Source: an uncultured Candidatus Entotheonella sp.
GTDB lineage: Bacteria > Tectomicrobia > Entotheonellia > Entotheonellales > Entotheonellaceae
Length of the DNA stretch: 64,000 bases
Direction: 5' to 3'
Assembly (NCBI GenBank): GCA_965217185.1
Contig: OZ244252.1
Location: forward strand, 1,984,001-2,048,000
In this document: in pieces, positions 47,476 through 57,357 of the stretch
Layout: the number at the start of each line of letters is the position of its first letter
Position numbering within the stretch: the stretch's first letter is position 1
Position numbers and translations under genes: made by a program
Notes under the pieces: generated by a model
What the model was told of the DNA's origin: nothing
The model's database searches: none
What the model saw: only the letters and a program-made list of their open reading frames with translations

Positions 47476-49374
47476 ATGCACATTGCGAACGAACTGCAGA
47501 AAATCCGCCAAAACATGGATGCCTTCGTAGTTGGCCACGAGGCGGTGAAGGAAGCCATGTTGCTGGGCCTCGTTGCCCGTGAGCATATCTATCTCCAAGG
47601 CGCACCGGGTTGCGCCAAAACCTTGCTGGCGGAGGTGGTTGCCGCCTCGGTGAATCGCCCGTCCTTCTTTTGTCAACTGCATCGTGATACCCGTCTGACC
47701 GAACTGATCGGGGAGGTGATCCTGGAAAGATCCGTGCTGCCCGATAGTGGGGGAGAGGTCGTCCGTCAGCGGGTGCGCCAAGGAGGGATACTCACGTCCG
47801 AGGTGGTAGTGCTTGATGATATCACCCGAGCGCCCGGGGAGGCTCTGAATGTTCTGTTGCGATTGCTCAACGAACGCAAGTACCACACGCAGCCCATCCC
47901 GCTGCGCTTAGCCATGGCCACCTCCAATCCCACGGCGGAGACCTATTACAATGAACCGCTCGACCCGGCTAATCTGGACCGCTTCACGCTTCAACTGCAA
48001 ACTCGAGGAACCATCTGCGCCCAACAGTGGGACAAGGCCAGTGCCATCGTGGACCGCGGCCATGTGACTCCGGCAACGCTGGCCGTTCGGCATCCGGTTA
48101 CCATTGACCTACTGGATGAAGCCCACCGGGCCATGCAAGACGTGGATGTGCCGCACCACGTGATGCGGGTCTATCGCAATGTCCTCGACATCCTGCAAAA
48201 CGAGCATGACTGCAACCCCACGAACTCGCTTCTCAGCGACCGCACCATGTTGGTTAAGGTTCCGGTCATGATCAGGGCCATGGCTGTGCTTGCCGGACGC
48301 TCTGTGGCAACGGCTGAAGATTTGCGTGTCTTGAAGTCGATCCTGACCTTCCGGGTTCCGGAAGCGGTTTATCAGCAGCTTGATGAGATCTTGCAGCGCG
48401 CCGCAGCGTTGGCCATGGGTCTGCCAGAGTGGTTCGATGACCAGACGCAGAAACAGGCAGCCGTCCGGGAAGCTTCAAATGAGGCGCAACGCATTGACGA
48501 AATGTCTGATAGTGACTTGGTCGATGAGTTACTGGCAACCCTGAACGTGGGTGATGACGTATCTGATCCGAAGGCGCCCCTGCACGTCAACCGGGCGCTG
48601 ACGTCACCCGAGCGGTTTCAAGAAAGCTCCCGCTACAGGGTGAAAAATCTGGAGTTGCTTGTCGAGCGAATCAACGGGCGACTGGACCGCCACAGCGCCG
48701 CTCCCGAGGCCCATCCGGGCGGCTCGCCTCGCAGTTGGAAACGCATGCGCTCTTTTCAGGAGTTTCTTGATACCGACGCCGCCGAGATGGCCACCTGGAT
48801 GGACCGTATGCATCCCGGTCTGCCGCGCGTCTACAAGAGGGAAAAGAAACATGTAGGCGGAGACATGGTGATCATCCGTGACGTGAGTGAATCCATGGGG
48901 GGTTACTATGCCCGATGGGCGGCTTCGGTGGTGACTGCGTTGGTGCAACTGGTGCGCAGAAAACGTATGCGTATCGGATACATCGAGTTCAATCACGTAT
49001 CGCGCAAGTACAGCCATGGCGGGCGATTCTTCACACGCAACTACGATCAGATATTGGCTTTTGCCGCCAATGTGGCCTGTTCGGGCGTGACCAATTACCA
49101 GCTTCCCTTGCATGATGCGCTAACGGAGTTGCGCGCCTGGGGCACCCCCAATAAGCATGTTGTTTTGCTCACCGACGGCGAACCCACCCACGGCGACTGG
49201 CTAGTGCGCGCCGAGAGGCGCCTAGCCAAGGACCTGCGGGTCACCATCCACACGCTCTTCATTGGCGACATGGAATGCCCGGAGATCCTGGATGTCCTCT
49301 CCGAAGAATCGGGCGGTTGCCAGTTGCTTGCGGCGCCCGATGGACAAGGGGGACTGAGCCTGCAGGAGCGCTAG
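47476..49374 (+). CDS. MoxR/RavA-like AAA+ ATPase fused to a C-terminal vWA domain
   Basis: GAPGCAKT Walker A, VVVLDD Walker B, TSNP and DPANLDRF; C-terminal DVSES (MIDAS), GVTNY and LLTDG. Confidence 0.85.
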   Translation: MHIANELQKIRQNMDAFVVGHEAVKEAMLLGLVAREHIYLQGAPGCAKTLLAEVVAASVNRPSFFCQLHRDTRLTELIGEVILERSVLPDSGGEVVRQRVRQGGILTSEVVVLDDITRAPGEALNVLLRLLNERKYHTQPIPLRLAMATSNPTAETYYNEPLDPANLDRFTLQLQTRGTICAQQWDKASAIVDRGHVTPATLAVRHPVTIDLLDEAHRAMQDVDVPHHVMRVYRNVLDILQNEHDCNPTNSLLSDRTMLVKVPVMIRAMAVLAGRSVATAEDLRVLKSILTFRVPEAVYQQLDEILQRAAALAMGLPEWFDDQTQKQAAVREASNEAQRIDEMSDSDLVDELLATLNVGDDVSDPKAPLHVNRALTSPERFQESSRYRVKNLELLVERINGRLDRHSAAPEAHPGGSPRSWKRMRSFQEFLDTDAAEMATWMDRMHPGLPRVYKREKKHVGGDMVIIRDVSESMGGYYARWAASVVTALVQLVRRKRMRIGYIEFNHVSRKYSHGGRFFTRNYDQILAFAANVACSGVTNYQLPLHDALTELRAWGTPNKHVVLLTDGEPTHGDWLVRAERRLAKDLRVTIHTLFIGDMECPEILDVLSEESGGCQLLAAPDGQGGLSLQER

Positions 49375-49757
49375 TCGTAGGTTTTGAGATAGTCGATGAT
49401 GATCCGGCGTTGCTCCGCATCGGATATCTTGACGAGCATTCTCGAGTTGGGGACAAGTCCCTGAGCGTAGCGTATCCAGGTGTCCAGATTGTCTTCATTC
49501 CAGATAACACCGGGGGCAAATCTCCGAAACGCTCCGGAATACTCATAGCCCTCCCTCTTGCCGGCCGGAGCATTGAAAATCCCGCGCAGATCCGGCCCTA
49601 ACCACACATACGCTTTCTGCCGCTCCGTTACATGGCAGGGGGCGCATTGACGATTGAAGGCGCCCTCACCGGTTACGAATTCCTCGGCCTGCAGCATCGG
49701 TGCGTGTATCGTCCCTAGCATCAGAACGATGGTAGCTACCAAGCGTCCGCGGTTCAT
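49371..49757 (-). CDS. class I cytochrome c (c2-like)
   Basis: Signal peptide, CAPCH, GPDLRGI, YEYS and PNSRM motifs. Confidence 0.88.
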   Translation of the reverse strand: MNRGRLVATIVLMLGTIHAPMLQAEEFVTGEGAFNRQCAPCHVTERQKAYVWLGPDLRGIFNAPAGKREGYEYSGAFRRFAPGVIWNEDNLDTWIRYAQGLVPNSRMLVKISDAEQRRIIIDYLKTYD

Positions 49758-49878
49758 GATTCAGGTCCCTCCGGGAAATGGTGTTGACACCACTTATGAG
49801 TGGGTATATAGCAAACCTCTAAGTGGATCAACGTATCCCACAACTCTCGATCTGAAGTTCTGATACGGAGGGAGCATC

Positions 49879-51423
49879 ATGGGAGATTCCTGGCTGACCA
49901 AAGAGCAACTGAAAGTCTTGCGGCGTGCCAATGAGGATGAGGGATTTCGTTTACCGATTCCGACACAGGTCATTTCAGACGGCGAAATCTTCCCGCCCCC
50001 ACAATCGAAGCAGCAGGCCATGGTCGAGGCGCTGCTCAAGGAAAGGGCCGGCGTTCTCGGCAAGCAACATGGTCTGAACCGGCGTCAGTTTCTCAGAACC
50101 GCCTCTGGTATGGCCGCAGCCTTCCTGGCCATGAACGACGTGTATGGCAAGGTTTTTACCGTCGATCAGGCGGAAGCGGCGGATTTCGAAGCGGCCGGCG
50201 CGCGCCTCGCGGCCTTGCGCGACCAATTCATCTTCGACGCCCATACCCACCACGTCCACGATGACTACACCTGGGAAGGGCAGCTCTTCCTGCTGCAATA
50301 CTCCCGGGGTGATCAAGAGGCAGGGTTGCCGTCGTGGACGGGCGAGTTGGAGGGACGTGAGCTCGACCTGAAGTACTTCAAGTTCCCGCATTACGTCAAG
50401 GACATCTTCTTTGACAGTGAAACCGATGTCACTATCCTGAGCAATTCCCCTTCAGTTGTGCCGGAAAAGCAGCTCCTCACGGAGGACCAGTTGGTGGCCA
50501 GCCGGAACTACATCAACGGCATGGCGCGCACCAAGCGAGTCTATGCCCACGGTACGATCTGGCCCAGCAATCAACCGTTCCTCGACGATATGGACCGGCA
50601 GGCCGAGGAGCTCAAGATCGACTCCTGGAAGGGCTATACGATCGGCGATCCGTTGGGGCTCGTGCCGGAGGCCAATTTTCCCTGGCGGCTGGATGACGAG
50701 AAGGTCACCTATCCAGCCTATGAGAAGGCCATGAAGTACGGCATCAAGAACCTCTGCATCCATAAAGGATTGCTGCCGGTTGACTGGAAGTCCTTCGACA
50801 ACTGGCCTTACGCCGCGGTGGATGATGTGGTCAAAGCGGCGAAAGATTGGCCTGAACTGAACTTCATCATCTACCACTCGGGTTTCAGGGCCTTCATGGA
50901 CGTACGGCAGTTTGCCGAGGAGTTTGAGCAAAGCGGCAAGATTCCGTGGGTCGATGATCTGGCCGAGATCCCGAAGAAGCACGGTCTCACTAATGTTTAT
51001 GGTGAGATCGGATTGTCCTTTGCATCGTGCGTTACGACCTACCCCAGGGTCGCAGCCGCCATGCTGGGCCGGCTTATCCAAGGCATGGGCGCCGACCACG
51101 TCATCTGGGGTACGGACTCGATCTGGTTCGGCTCTCCCCAGTGGCAGATCGACGCTTTTCGGCGTCTCGATATGCCCATGGACCTGCAGGAGAAATTCGG
51201 CTTTGCTCCCTTGGGTCCTGCGGATAGCGAGGTCAAAAAGGCCATCTTGGGCTACAACTCAGCGAGGATGTACGGACTGGGGCTCACGGCCGATGGCCGG
51301 CCGATCGAGGCATTTGAGAAGGATCGACTGGCACGTCTGAGGAATGACTATCTTGCCGCCGGCGGGATGCGTGACAACATTTACTGGGGCTGGATCCATC
51401 AACAGGATCGGGCGCCTGCCTAG
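49879..51423 (+). CDS. amidohydrolase-family protein (Amidohydro_2-like)
   Basis: DAHTH, CIHKG, IIYH and WGTDSIW metal ligands; internal NRRQFL twin-arginine-like motif. Confidence 0.85.
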   Translation: MGDSWLTKEQLKVLRRANEDEGFRLPIPTQVISDGEIFPPPQSKQQAMVEALLKERAGVLGKQHGLNRRQFLRTASGMAAAFLAMNDVYGKVFTVDQAEAADFEAAGARLAALRDQFIFDAHTHHVHDDYTWEGQLFLLQYSRGDQEAGLPSWTGELEGRELDLKYFKFPHYVKDIFFDSETDVTILSNSPSVVPEKQLLTEDQLVASRNYINGMARTKRVYAHGTIWPSNQPFLDDMDRQAEELKIDSWKGYTIGDPLGLVPEANFPWRLDDEKVTYPAYEKAMKYGIKNLCIHKGLLPVDWKSFDNWPYAAVDDVVKAAKDWPELNFIIYHSGFRAFMDVRQFAEEFEQSGKIPWVDDLAEIPKKHGLTNVYGEIGLSFASCVTTYPRVAAAMLGRLIQGMGADHVIWGTDSIWFGSPQWQIDAFRRLDMPMDLQEKFGFAPLGPADSEVKKAILGYNSARMYGLGLTADGRPIEAFEKDRLARLRNDYLAAGGMRDNIYWGWIHQQDRAPA

Positions 51424-51481
51424 GCGCTGAGGACCTCCCGTAGTCGGGTCGTCCAGACTCGGTGCAGGAACGTTCGTAAGG

Positions 51482-51513
51482 AAGTCGGGGCGAAATCCTT
51501 TCGCCCCGACTTT
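51482..51513. terminator. hairpin terminator between convergent genes
   Basis: AAGTCGGGGCGAAA-TCC-TTTCGCCCCGACTTT perfect stem. Confidence 0.65.
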
Positions 51514-51514
51514 G

Positions 51515-51700
51515 CTCTTCTGGTACAACGCCATCGGGTCGCCGGTGGAGCCGATGATCTTCAGGGGCGACCAGACGAACAGGAGTTCGTACACCTCGTC
51601 CCGGATCAGCGGCGTGAAATCAAGATACTCGATATTCCAGTATGCCCGTACCTTGCTGGTCCATTCCAAACCTGTGATTGTGGCCCGGCGCGTCGTTGAC
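51515..51700 (-). pseudogene. C-terminal fragment of a cyclase/kynurenine formamidase-family gene
   Basis: NIEYLDFTPL..DEVYELLFVWSPLKIIGSTG.PMA resembles the cyclase-family C-terminus. Confidence 0.5.
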
Positions 51701-51822
51701 TGGCGGTTTCCCCCACCAACCATTCACAACGCCTTCCGCAGCGCGTTTTACGCTGAACCTCCTTGTTTCCGGGTCCCGACAATCATGGTTGTTATCCCGG
51801 GAATCCCAACGTAGGCCGTGAG

Positions 51823-52172
51823 TCACATCCCGATTCCCGCCAACGCACGATAGAGCGTCGCCCGCTTGACCCCGAAGTTACGGCACACCGCGGCCTTGCT
51901 GGCGCCATTCTCCAGCGCCGAGAGGATCGCTTCCAGTTTCTCGGGATCGATGACGCGTGGGCGCCCGCCCCATTTGCCGCGTTTTCTCGCTGCCTCCAGG
52001 TCGGTCATGATCCGCTCCCTTGCCAAGGCCCGTTCATACTGCGCCAAAGCGCCGAACACGCTGAACAAGAACGCGCCGTGCGGTGTGGTCGTATCCATCT
52101 GCTCGGTCAGGGAGCGAAACCCCACCTGCCTGGCCTCGAGCCCGGTCACAATCTCCAGAAGGTGCGGCAAAG
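51823..52172 (-). pseudogene. serine resolvase/invertase, 5'-truncated by ISKra4
   Basis: FRSLTEQMDTTTPHG, FGALAQYER, GGRP and HTH GVKRATLYR. Confidence 0.85.
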
Positions 52173-52175
52173 AGG

Positions 52176-53110
52176 GGAAGCGCCAAAAACTGTGGGGCAA
52201 TCAGGCAGCGAGCTGCTCAGCTTTGACTGACCCGTCGCCGACCTTCAGTCCTGGGTACCACTGCTCAAATTTCTCCCGCAAGGTGCCGTCCGGGGTGCGC
52301 GTCCGGGCCTGCAGCATGAGATGAGCCCCACCTTTCGACCACCGCATCTGCTGACGCTTGCCAAAGCGTTTGCCGACAACCGTGTTGATGGCGCTTTCCA
52401 CGAACCCGGTGGAAACGCGCTCGCCGTAGCGCCGCCGCTCGGCATAGTTGGGAATCATGCCTGCGTTACTGCGGATGTAGACCTCGAACTCGCCGGCAGC
52501 TTTGCGCAACGCCTTGATGCCCGTATAGTTCGTCTCGATGTCTTCCAGTTCCATGACAAGTCCCTCGATCGCGCGCCGTCCGTCATGGAGGTTGCCGTTC
52601 CACAGGTAGCCCTTGATCTGGCGCAGGAGACGATCCACGGCCTGCCCCGCTATCGGATTTGTATGGCTTAGTCCCTTGACGTACTGGCGCATGACGGCGA
52701 TGCGCATGGTGATGTGGAACCAGTCCAGCAGGTGCTCGGATGCCGGGGCCATGTATTGCGCCATGTTCCTGACCGTATCGCCGCCGTCGGTCAGGAAGGT
52801 GACGGGCTGATTCTCCTGCCATCCCTGGTCCTTCAAGACCTCGTGCAGGCGGCGGCGCGGCCGAATGTCGTAGGCGTGCACGAGTCCGAGGTAGCGGTTT
52901 GCCCCATCGGCGGGCATCGACTTGGCGACCATGACTTCGAAATGCGGCTGTTTCTTTTCCTGCGAGCGTACATAGCCGCCATCGATGCCGACCGTGATCG
53001 GTCCCTCCGGCAGCGGCATGACGGCTCGGTCACGCGGGCACGTTTCGATGAAGGAGAACTGTTCATCCGCCAGTTCGTCTTCCATTCGCCTGGCGGCCTT
53101 GTGAAGGGCC
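52176..53110 (-). mobile_element. ISKra4-family element, 3' half (transposase fragment 52201 to about 53110)
   Basis: VGIDGGYV, FLTDGG, LDWFHI and STGFVESA...KRQQMRW motifs; TIR GGAAGCGCCAAAAA at 52176. Confidence 0.82.
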
Positions 53111-53126
53111 TTTGAGTAGCAATAGA

Positions 53127-53256
53127 GTAGAGTCGGCGACTGGCGCGGTAGCGGTAGCAGTAGCGGTAGGCCGATGGGGGTAGCTGTTGCCGGCGGTTTT
53201 CGCAATGCCGGTGCCTCACTCCTCGCCGTGGCTCCGTTTCCAGTCGCCGCTCATCA
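53127..53256 (-). mobile_element. group II intron 3' remnant A (end of DV plus long DVI)
   Basis: Minus strand GATGAGCGGCGACTGG...GAGGCACCGGC..CGAAAACCGCCGGCAAC...CCAGTCGCCGACTCTAC; closing stem with bulged A and AC end. Confidence 0.7.
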
Positions 53257-53425
53257 GTAGGGTCGAAAGCTGGCGCGGTAGCCACAGGGTCGGGGAGTCG
53301 CAGTTGGCCGGAGGCTTTCGCCATCATCCGGTACCTCAGTCCGCCCCTTAACCCCGTCTCCAGCTTCCGCCACGTCGTACGCAGCATGCGGATTTCCCGC
53401 ACTACGCACTCCTGCCCGCTTCACG
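53257..53425 (-). mobile_element. group II intron 3' remnant B (DV plus DVI)
   Basis: Minus strand GAGTGCGTAGTGCGGGAAATCCGCATGCTGCGTACGA (DV with GAAA loop), then GAAGCTGG...CCAGCTTTCGACCCTAC. Confidence 0.75.
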
Positions 53426-53473
53426 CCAAGGGTTATGCGACCCATCAGACCGGGAGTGCTTTCAACCGTAGCT

Positions 53474-53643
53474 GGAGAGCACCAAAAACTGTGGGGCGCA
53501 TCTCATGCTGCAAGTCCGGACGCGAACCCTTGACGGTACGCTGCGGGGAAGTTCGAGCAGTGGTATCCGGCTGAAGGCCGGGGCCAGATCGGTTGAAGCT
53601 GAACCGTGCGCTGCCTGATTGTCCCACACTTTTTGGTGCTTCC
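53474..53643 (+). mobile_element. internally deleted ISKra4 derivative (MITE)
   Basis: TIRs GGAGAGCACCAAAAA / TTTTTGGTGCTTCC enclosing only the transposase 3' end (GAHLMLQVRTRTLDGTLR). Confidence 0.75.
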
Positions 53644-53650
53644 GGAGCTG

Positions 53651-53908
53651 ATGGCTACGACCAGCAATTACGCGTTGCGCCTGCTGGCCTCGTTGAAGGC
53701 CGAGGCGCAGCGCGTCGCGGCCGCTGAGGGGACGACGCTGAACCAGTTTATCAACGTTGCCGTGGCGGAGAAGCTGGCGGCGCTGCGTACGGCGCGCTAC
53801 TTCGAGGAGCGCGCGTCGCGGGCGAAGCCGGGTGGCTTTGACCGTCTCATGGAGACGGCGGGTGATGAACCGCCGCGTCCAGGTGACGAAATCTTGCCGG
53901 GTCCATAG
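53651..53908 (+). CDS. RHH (HicB-like) antitoxin, orphan
   Basis: NYALRL..SLK......A..EGTTLNQFINVAVAEKLAAL; the upstream position is occupied by a MITE. Confidence 0.75.
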   Translation: MATTSNYALRLLASLKAEAQRVAAAEGTTLNQFINVAVAEKLAALRTARYFEERASRAKPGGFDRLMETAGDEPPRPGDEILPGP

Positions 53909-54273
53909 CACGTCGGATTTCAGGTTGCAGCGGCTGTGAAAATGTACGATGTCTATCGGAAAACCTACTTGGCATTGCCCGATGTCGCCGGGAATGACTC
54001 CGCTCAAACGCCTTGTCGCAAATTTTCGTTCCAATGATTGTCACGGGTCAATACCGGGAAGGCAGTCGTCACGAAGGATAACCTGCAGCTCTTTGCCGAG
54101 CGCTCGGATATTCTCCTGCGCCGTGCCAAGGAACTTGGGCTGCGACGCTGACAAGCGCGGTCAGAATCGGCACGGCAAAGGCCGCTACATCTCTGGAGTC
54201 GCAGTGCTCCTCAACAAGCCATAAAGGCGGGACCAGGCAGTATTGGCACTGCTTGTCCCGCCTCGGTTGGTGG

Positions 54274-56067
54274 TCATGGGAGTTCAAACGCCACCAGCGC
54301 GGCGCTTTGCTCGTAATGCAGCAGCTTGTCCGCGAATGCCGCGGCAATTCCCCCACCAACGTAGGAACCATGACCGGAGACGACGGCGACGTATTGCCTG
54401 CCGCCGGCCTCGTAGGAAATGATCCCGCCATTGTGGCCGGAACCGGTGTTGAAGCGCCACAGGACGTTGCCGTTCCTTGCGTCCAGGGCTTCCGCGTAGC
54501 CGTCATAGGTACCGTTGAAGATCAACCCGCCGGCCGTGGACAGCAGCGCCGAGTGCGGCACGATGTCATAGCGCCGCTCCCAGGCCATTTCCCCGGTGAG
54601 CGGGTCCCGCGCCGTGATGAAGGCGTGATAGTTCTCAGGCCCTTCCTTGGTCGGGTCGGCCGGATCCGGCGGCCGGGCCACACCCCAAGTAGCAGACATG
54701 AACGGCTGCGCGAAGGGTTCGGTGATCCGGCTTGTGGCGCCGATGGTGACCGCGTCCTGACCGCCTTCCTTGGCGATAGTCAGCCACATGCACCATTCCT
54801 GCGCAACGCGGTAGAACAGGCCGGTACCGGGGTTATAGGCACCGGCGTTCCAGCTGTGCCCACCCTCGATATGCGGGCACACCAGCGTTTTCACTCCCGC
54901 TTCGGGCCACAACATGTTTTCCCATTCTCCGGTTTCAAGGTTGAACCCGGTGGTCCAATTGATAGCCTTGGTGTTGGGATACACATTGACCGGCTTGCCG
55001 GATTTGCGGTCATGCACGTGGTAAAACCCGTTCTTGCCCACGTGCAGCACCAACTTCTGGCCGTTGCTTTCAAACAGCACGTATTCGCCCGGCGACGAAT
55101 CGTAGTCATACGGGTCGCTGGGCGCTTCCTGGAAATACCAGTTCAGCTTCCCGGTATCCAGATCCAGGGCGACGGTCGAAGACGTGTACAGATTGGCCCC
55201 CGGCCGGTAGGCGTCGGCGTTGACGTCCAGGCAGTCCGACCCACAGTAGTCGAAGTCTGGGTTGGGATTGCCGGTACCAAAGAAAATCTGGTTGTTCTCG
55301 TAATCCACCGATCCGGTTTGCCAGGAACCGCCCCCGCCATACTTCCAGGTGTCGCCTCCCCAGGTCGCCAGAGCGTGCGGGTCACCCCGTCCGGTGGTAT
55401 AGAAGGTCCATTTCACATCGCCGGTTTTGGGGTCCAGGCCGAAGATGCGGCCCTCGACGGGGTACTCTCCGCCGTTCTGCCCAATCACCAGCAGATCCGA
55501 GTTCACAAACGACCCGCCGCCGCTGAAGCCGGCGGTGTCCTTCTGGGAATCCACGATGTTCTGGTCCCAGATGATCTTGCCGGTCTGTTCATCGAGGGCA
55601 ACGACGCGGCCGTCAGCCTGCCCCATGTACACCCGCCCGTCGCCGATGGCCACGCCTCGGGTGTGGGCAAAGAAGGTGCGGGAAATGATCGCGTCATCCA
55701 TCTCCGGGACGTACGCCCAGATCCGTTCCCCGGTCGCCCCATCGAGTTTCCACACCGTCGATGGGTTGACGGGGAGATAGATCATCCCGTCGATGGCCAG
55801 AGGTGTGCTGATCAAACCCATGGGCACCTTGCCGGGCTGAAACATCCAGGCCGGGCGCAGTTGCCCCACATTGCCCGTGTCAATTTGGTCCAAGGGACTA
55901 TGCCGCCACCCCTGATGCGAGCGATTATAGGCGCACCAGTCGCCTGCCGGACAATCCTTGATGCGGCTCGCGGAAGAGTCCGCTAGGACAACCGGAGCCG
56001 CCACCATCGCGGTGAGAACGCACACTACGGCCATATGCCCCAACTTCCTCATGAGCAATCTACACAT
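54274..56067 (-). CDS. second periplasmic PQQ-dependent dehydrogenase (divergent)
   Basis: SPLDQIDTGNV, GGGSW, GTGNPNP, PYDYDS, GGHSW and YEAGGRQYVAV motifs. Confidence 0.9.
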   Translation of the reverse strand: MCRLLMRKLGHMAVVCVLTAMVAAPVVLADSSASRIKDCPAGDWCAYNRSHQGWRHSPLDQIDTGNVGQLRPAWMFQPGKVPMGLISTPLAIDGMIYLPVNPSTVWKLDGATGERIWAYVPEMDDAIISRTFFAHTRGVAIGDGRVYMGQADGRVVALDEQTGKIIWDQNIVDSQKDTAGFSGGGSFVNSDLLVIGQNGGEYPVEGRIFGLDPKTGDVKWTFYTTGRGDPHALATWGGDTWKYGGGGSWQTGSVDYENNQIFFGTGNPNPDFDYCGSDCLDVNADAYRPGANLYTSSTVALDLDTGKLNWYFQEAPSDPYDYDSSPGEYVLFESNGQKLVLHVGKNGFYHVHDRKSGKPVNVYPNTKAINWTTGFNLETGEWENMLWPEAGVKTLVCPHIEGGHSWNAGAYNPGTGLFYRVAQEWCMWLTIAKEGGQDAVTIGATSRITEPFAQPFMSATWGVARPPDPADPTKEGPENYHAFITARDPLTGEMAWERRYDIVPHSALLSTAGGLIFNGTYDGYAEALDARNGNVLWRFNTGSGHNGGIISYEAGGRQYVAVVSGHGSYVGGGIAAAFADKLLHYEQSAALVAFELP

Positions 56068-56313
56068 ACGTCATCCCTCCTTAGAACGGAGCAGTTGCCA
56101 CATGCGAGAAGAAGTACACCTTTAATGGGACATAACACATGCATGAGCCATTATCAATACTGTTCAACTGTGTCTGCATTGCCCATGCCTTCCCGTAAAA
56201 ACTCCCACGGGATGTTTACGTCAAAGGGAGACAGAACAATGGCCAGACCTACGAAGATGGTGCCGGGCAGATATTTTCACAATTCAACGTGATTTCGCCC
56301 GATGCTGCCTGCT

Positions 56314-57228
56314 TTACGTCCGCGCTGCATCCAGCTCCGCTATCTGTTCGGCGGTCAGCGTCAGATCAGCCGCTTTCGCCGAGTCCTCGATGGTCGTCTT
56401 GCGGCTGGCGCCCGGAATCGCGAACACGTGCTCCCCTTTGGAAAGCAGCCACGCCAGCGCGATCTGCTGGGGGCTCACACCCAAGTCGCCGGCGATACGC
56501 CCCACGGCCGACCCCGTCCCGCCCAGGGCTTTTGCCTGCCCCGTGCCGCCGAACGGCCCCCACGCGACGAACGCCACGCCGCGCTCAGCCGAGTCGGTCA
56601 GCGTGCCGGTAGTGTCCGGTTCCGTGCCCGGCGGTGCCGTACCGACATGCCATTCCGGCAGACGATGACGCAGAGAATACTCGCTCTGCACCCCGACGAC
56701 GCCAACCAGCGATCGTGCCGCGTCGATCTGCGACACGCTGTGATTGCTCACCGCCACGTGCGCGATCTTGCCCTCCACCTGCAGCCGGGCGATCTCTCCG
56801 ATGCTGTCGGCCAACGGCACCTGGGGGTCGATACGGTGGTAGTAGTAGATGGCGATCCGTTCCACGCCGAGATTCTTCAACGACTGCTCGCACACGCTGC
56901 GCAGGTGCTCGGGACGGCCGTCGCGCGCCCAGCGGCTATCGGGGCGCAGCAGGCCGCCCTTGGTGGCGATCACGACCCTGGCGTGCGTCTCCGCTGGCAG
57001 TTGTGCCATTGCCTTGCCGAGTAACCGTTCGTTATGGCCAGCTTCGGTGGTGTCGATGCAGTAGCTGTCCGCCGTGTCGATCAGCGTAATGCCGCAGTCG
57101 ATGGCATGATGCACGATGGCGATTGCGTCGTCCTCGCTGGGTCTGGCGGGCGTGAGTGAAAGCGGCATGGCGCCGAGGCCAATCACGCTGACTTCCAGGC
57201 CGGTCGAGCCGAACGGGCGGTATTTCAT
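56314..57228 (-). CDS. aldo/keto reductase
   Basis: IGLGAM, IDTADSY, IATKGG, YYHRID and IPGAS motifs. Confidence 0.92.
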   Translation of the reverse strand: MKYRPFGSTGLEVSVIGLGAMPLSLTPARPSEDDAIAIVHHAIDCGITLIDTADSYCIDTTEAGHNERLLGKAMAQLPAETHARVVIATKGGLLRPDSRWARDGRPEHLRSVCEQSLKNLGVERIAIYYYHRIDPQVPLADSIGEIARLQVEGKIAHVAVSNHSVSQIDAARSLVGVVGVQSEYSLRHRLPEWHVGTAPPGTEPDTTGTLTDSAERGVAFVAWGPFGGTGQAKALGGTGSAVGRIAGDLGVSPQQIALAWLLSKGEHVFAIPGASRKTTIEDSAKAADLTLTAEQIAELDAART

Positions 57229-57357
57229 GGGGCGACTCCTCTATTAGGAAATCTGTCGCTTGTCCGGTGGCACACGTCTCATTACAATCCGCAATGCCTA
57301 TGGCGTTGGCGGATGTTCCTTTCCGGTAAAGGGATTCTTAGCACAGGGGCAACGGCT

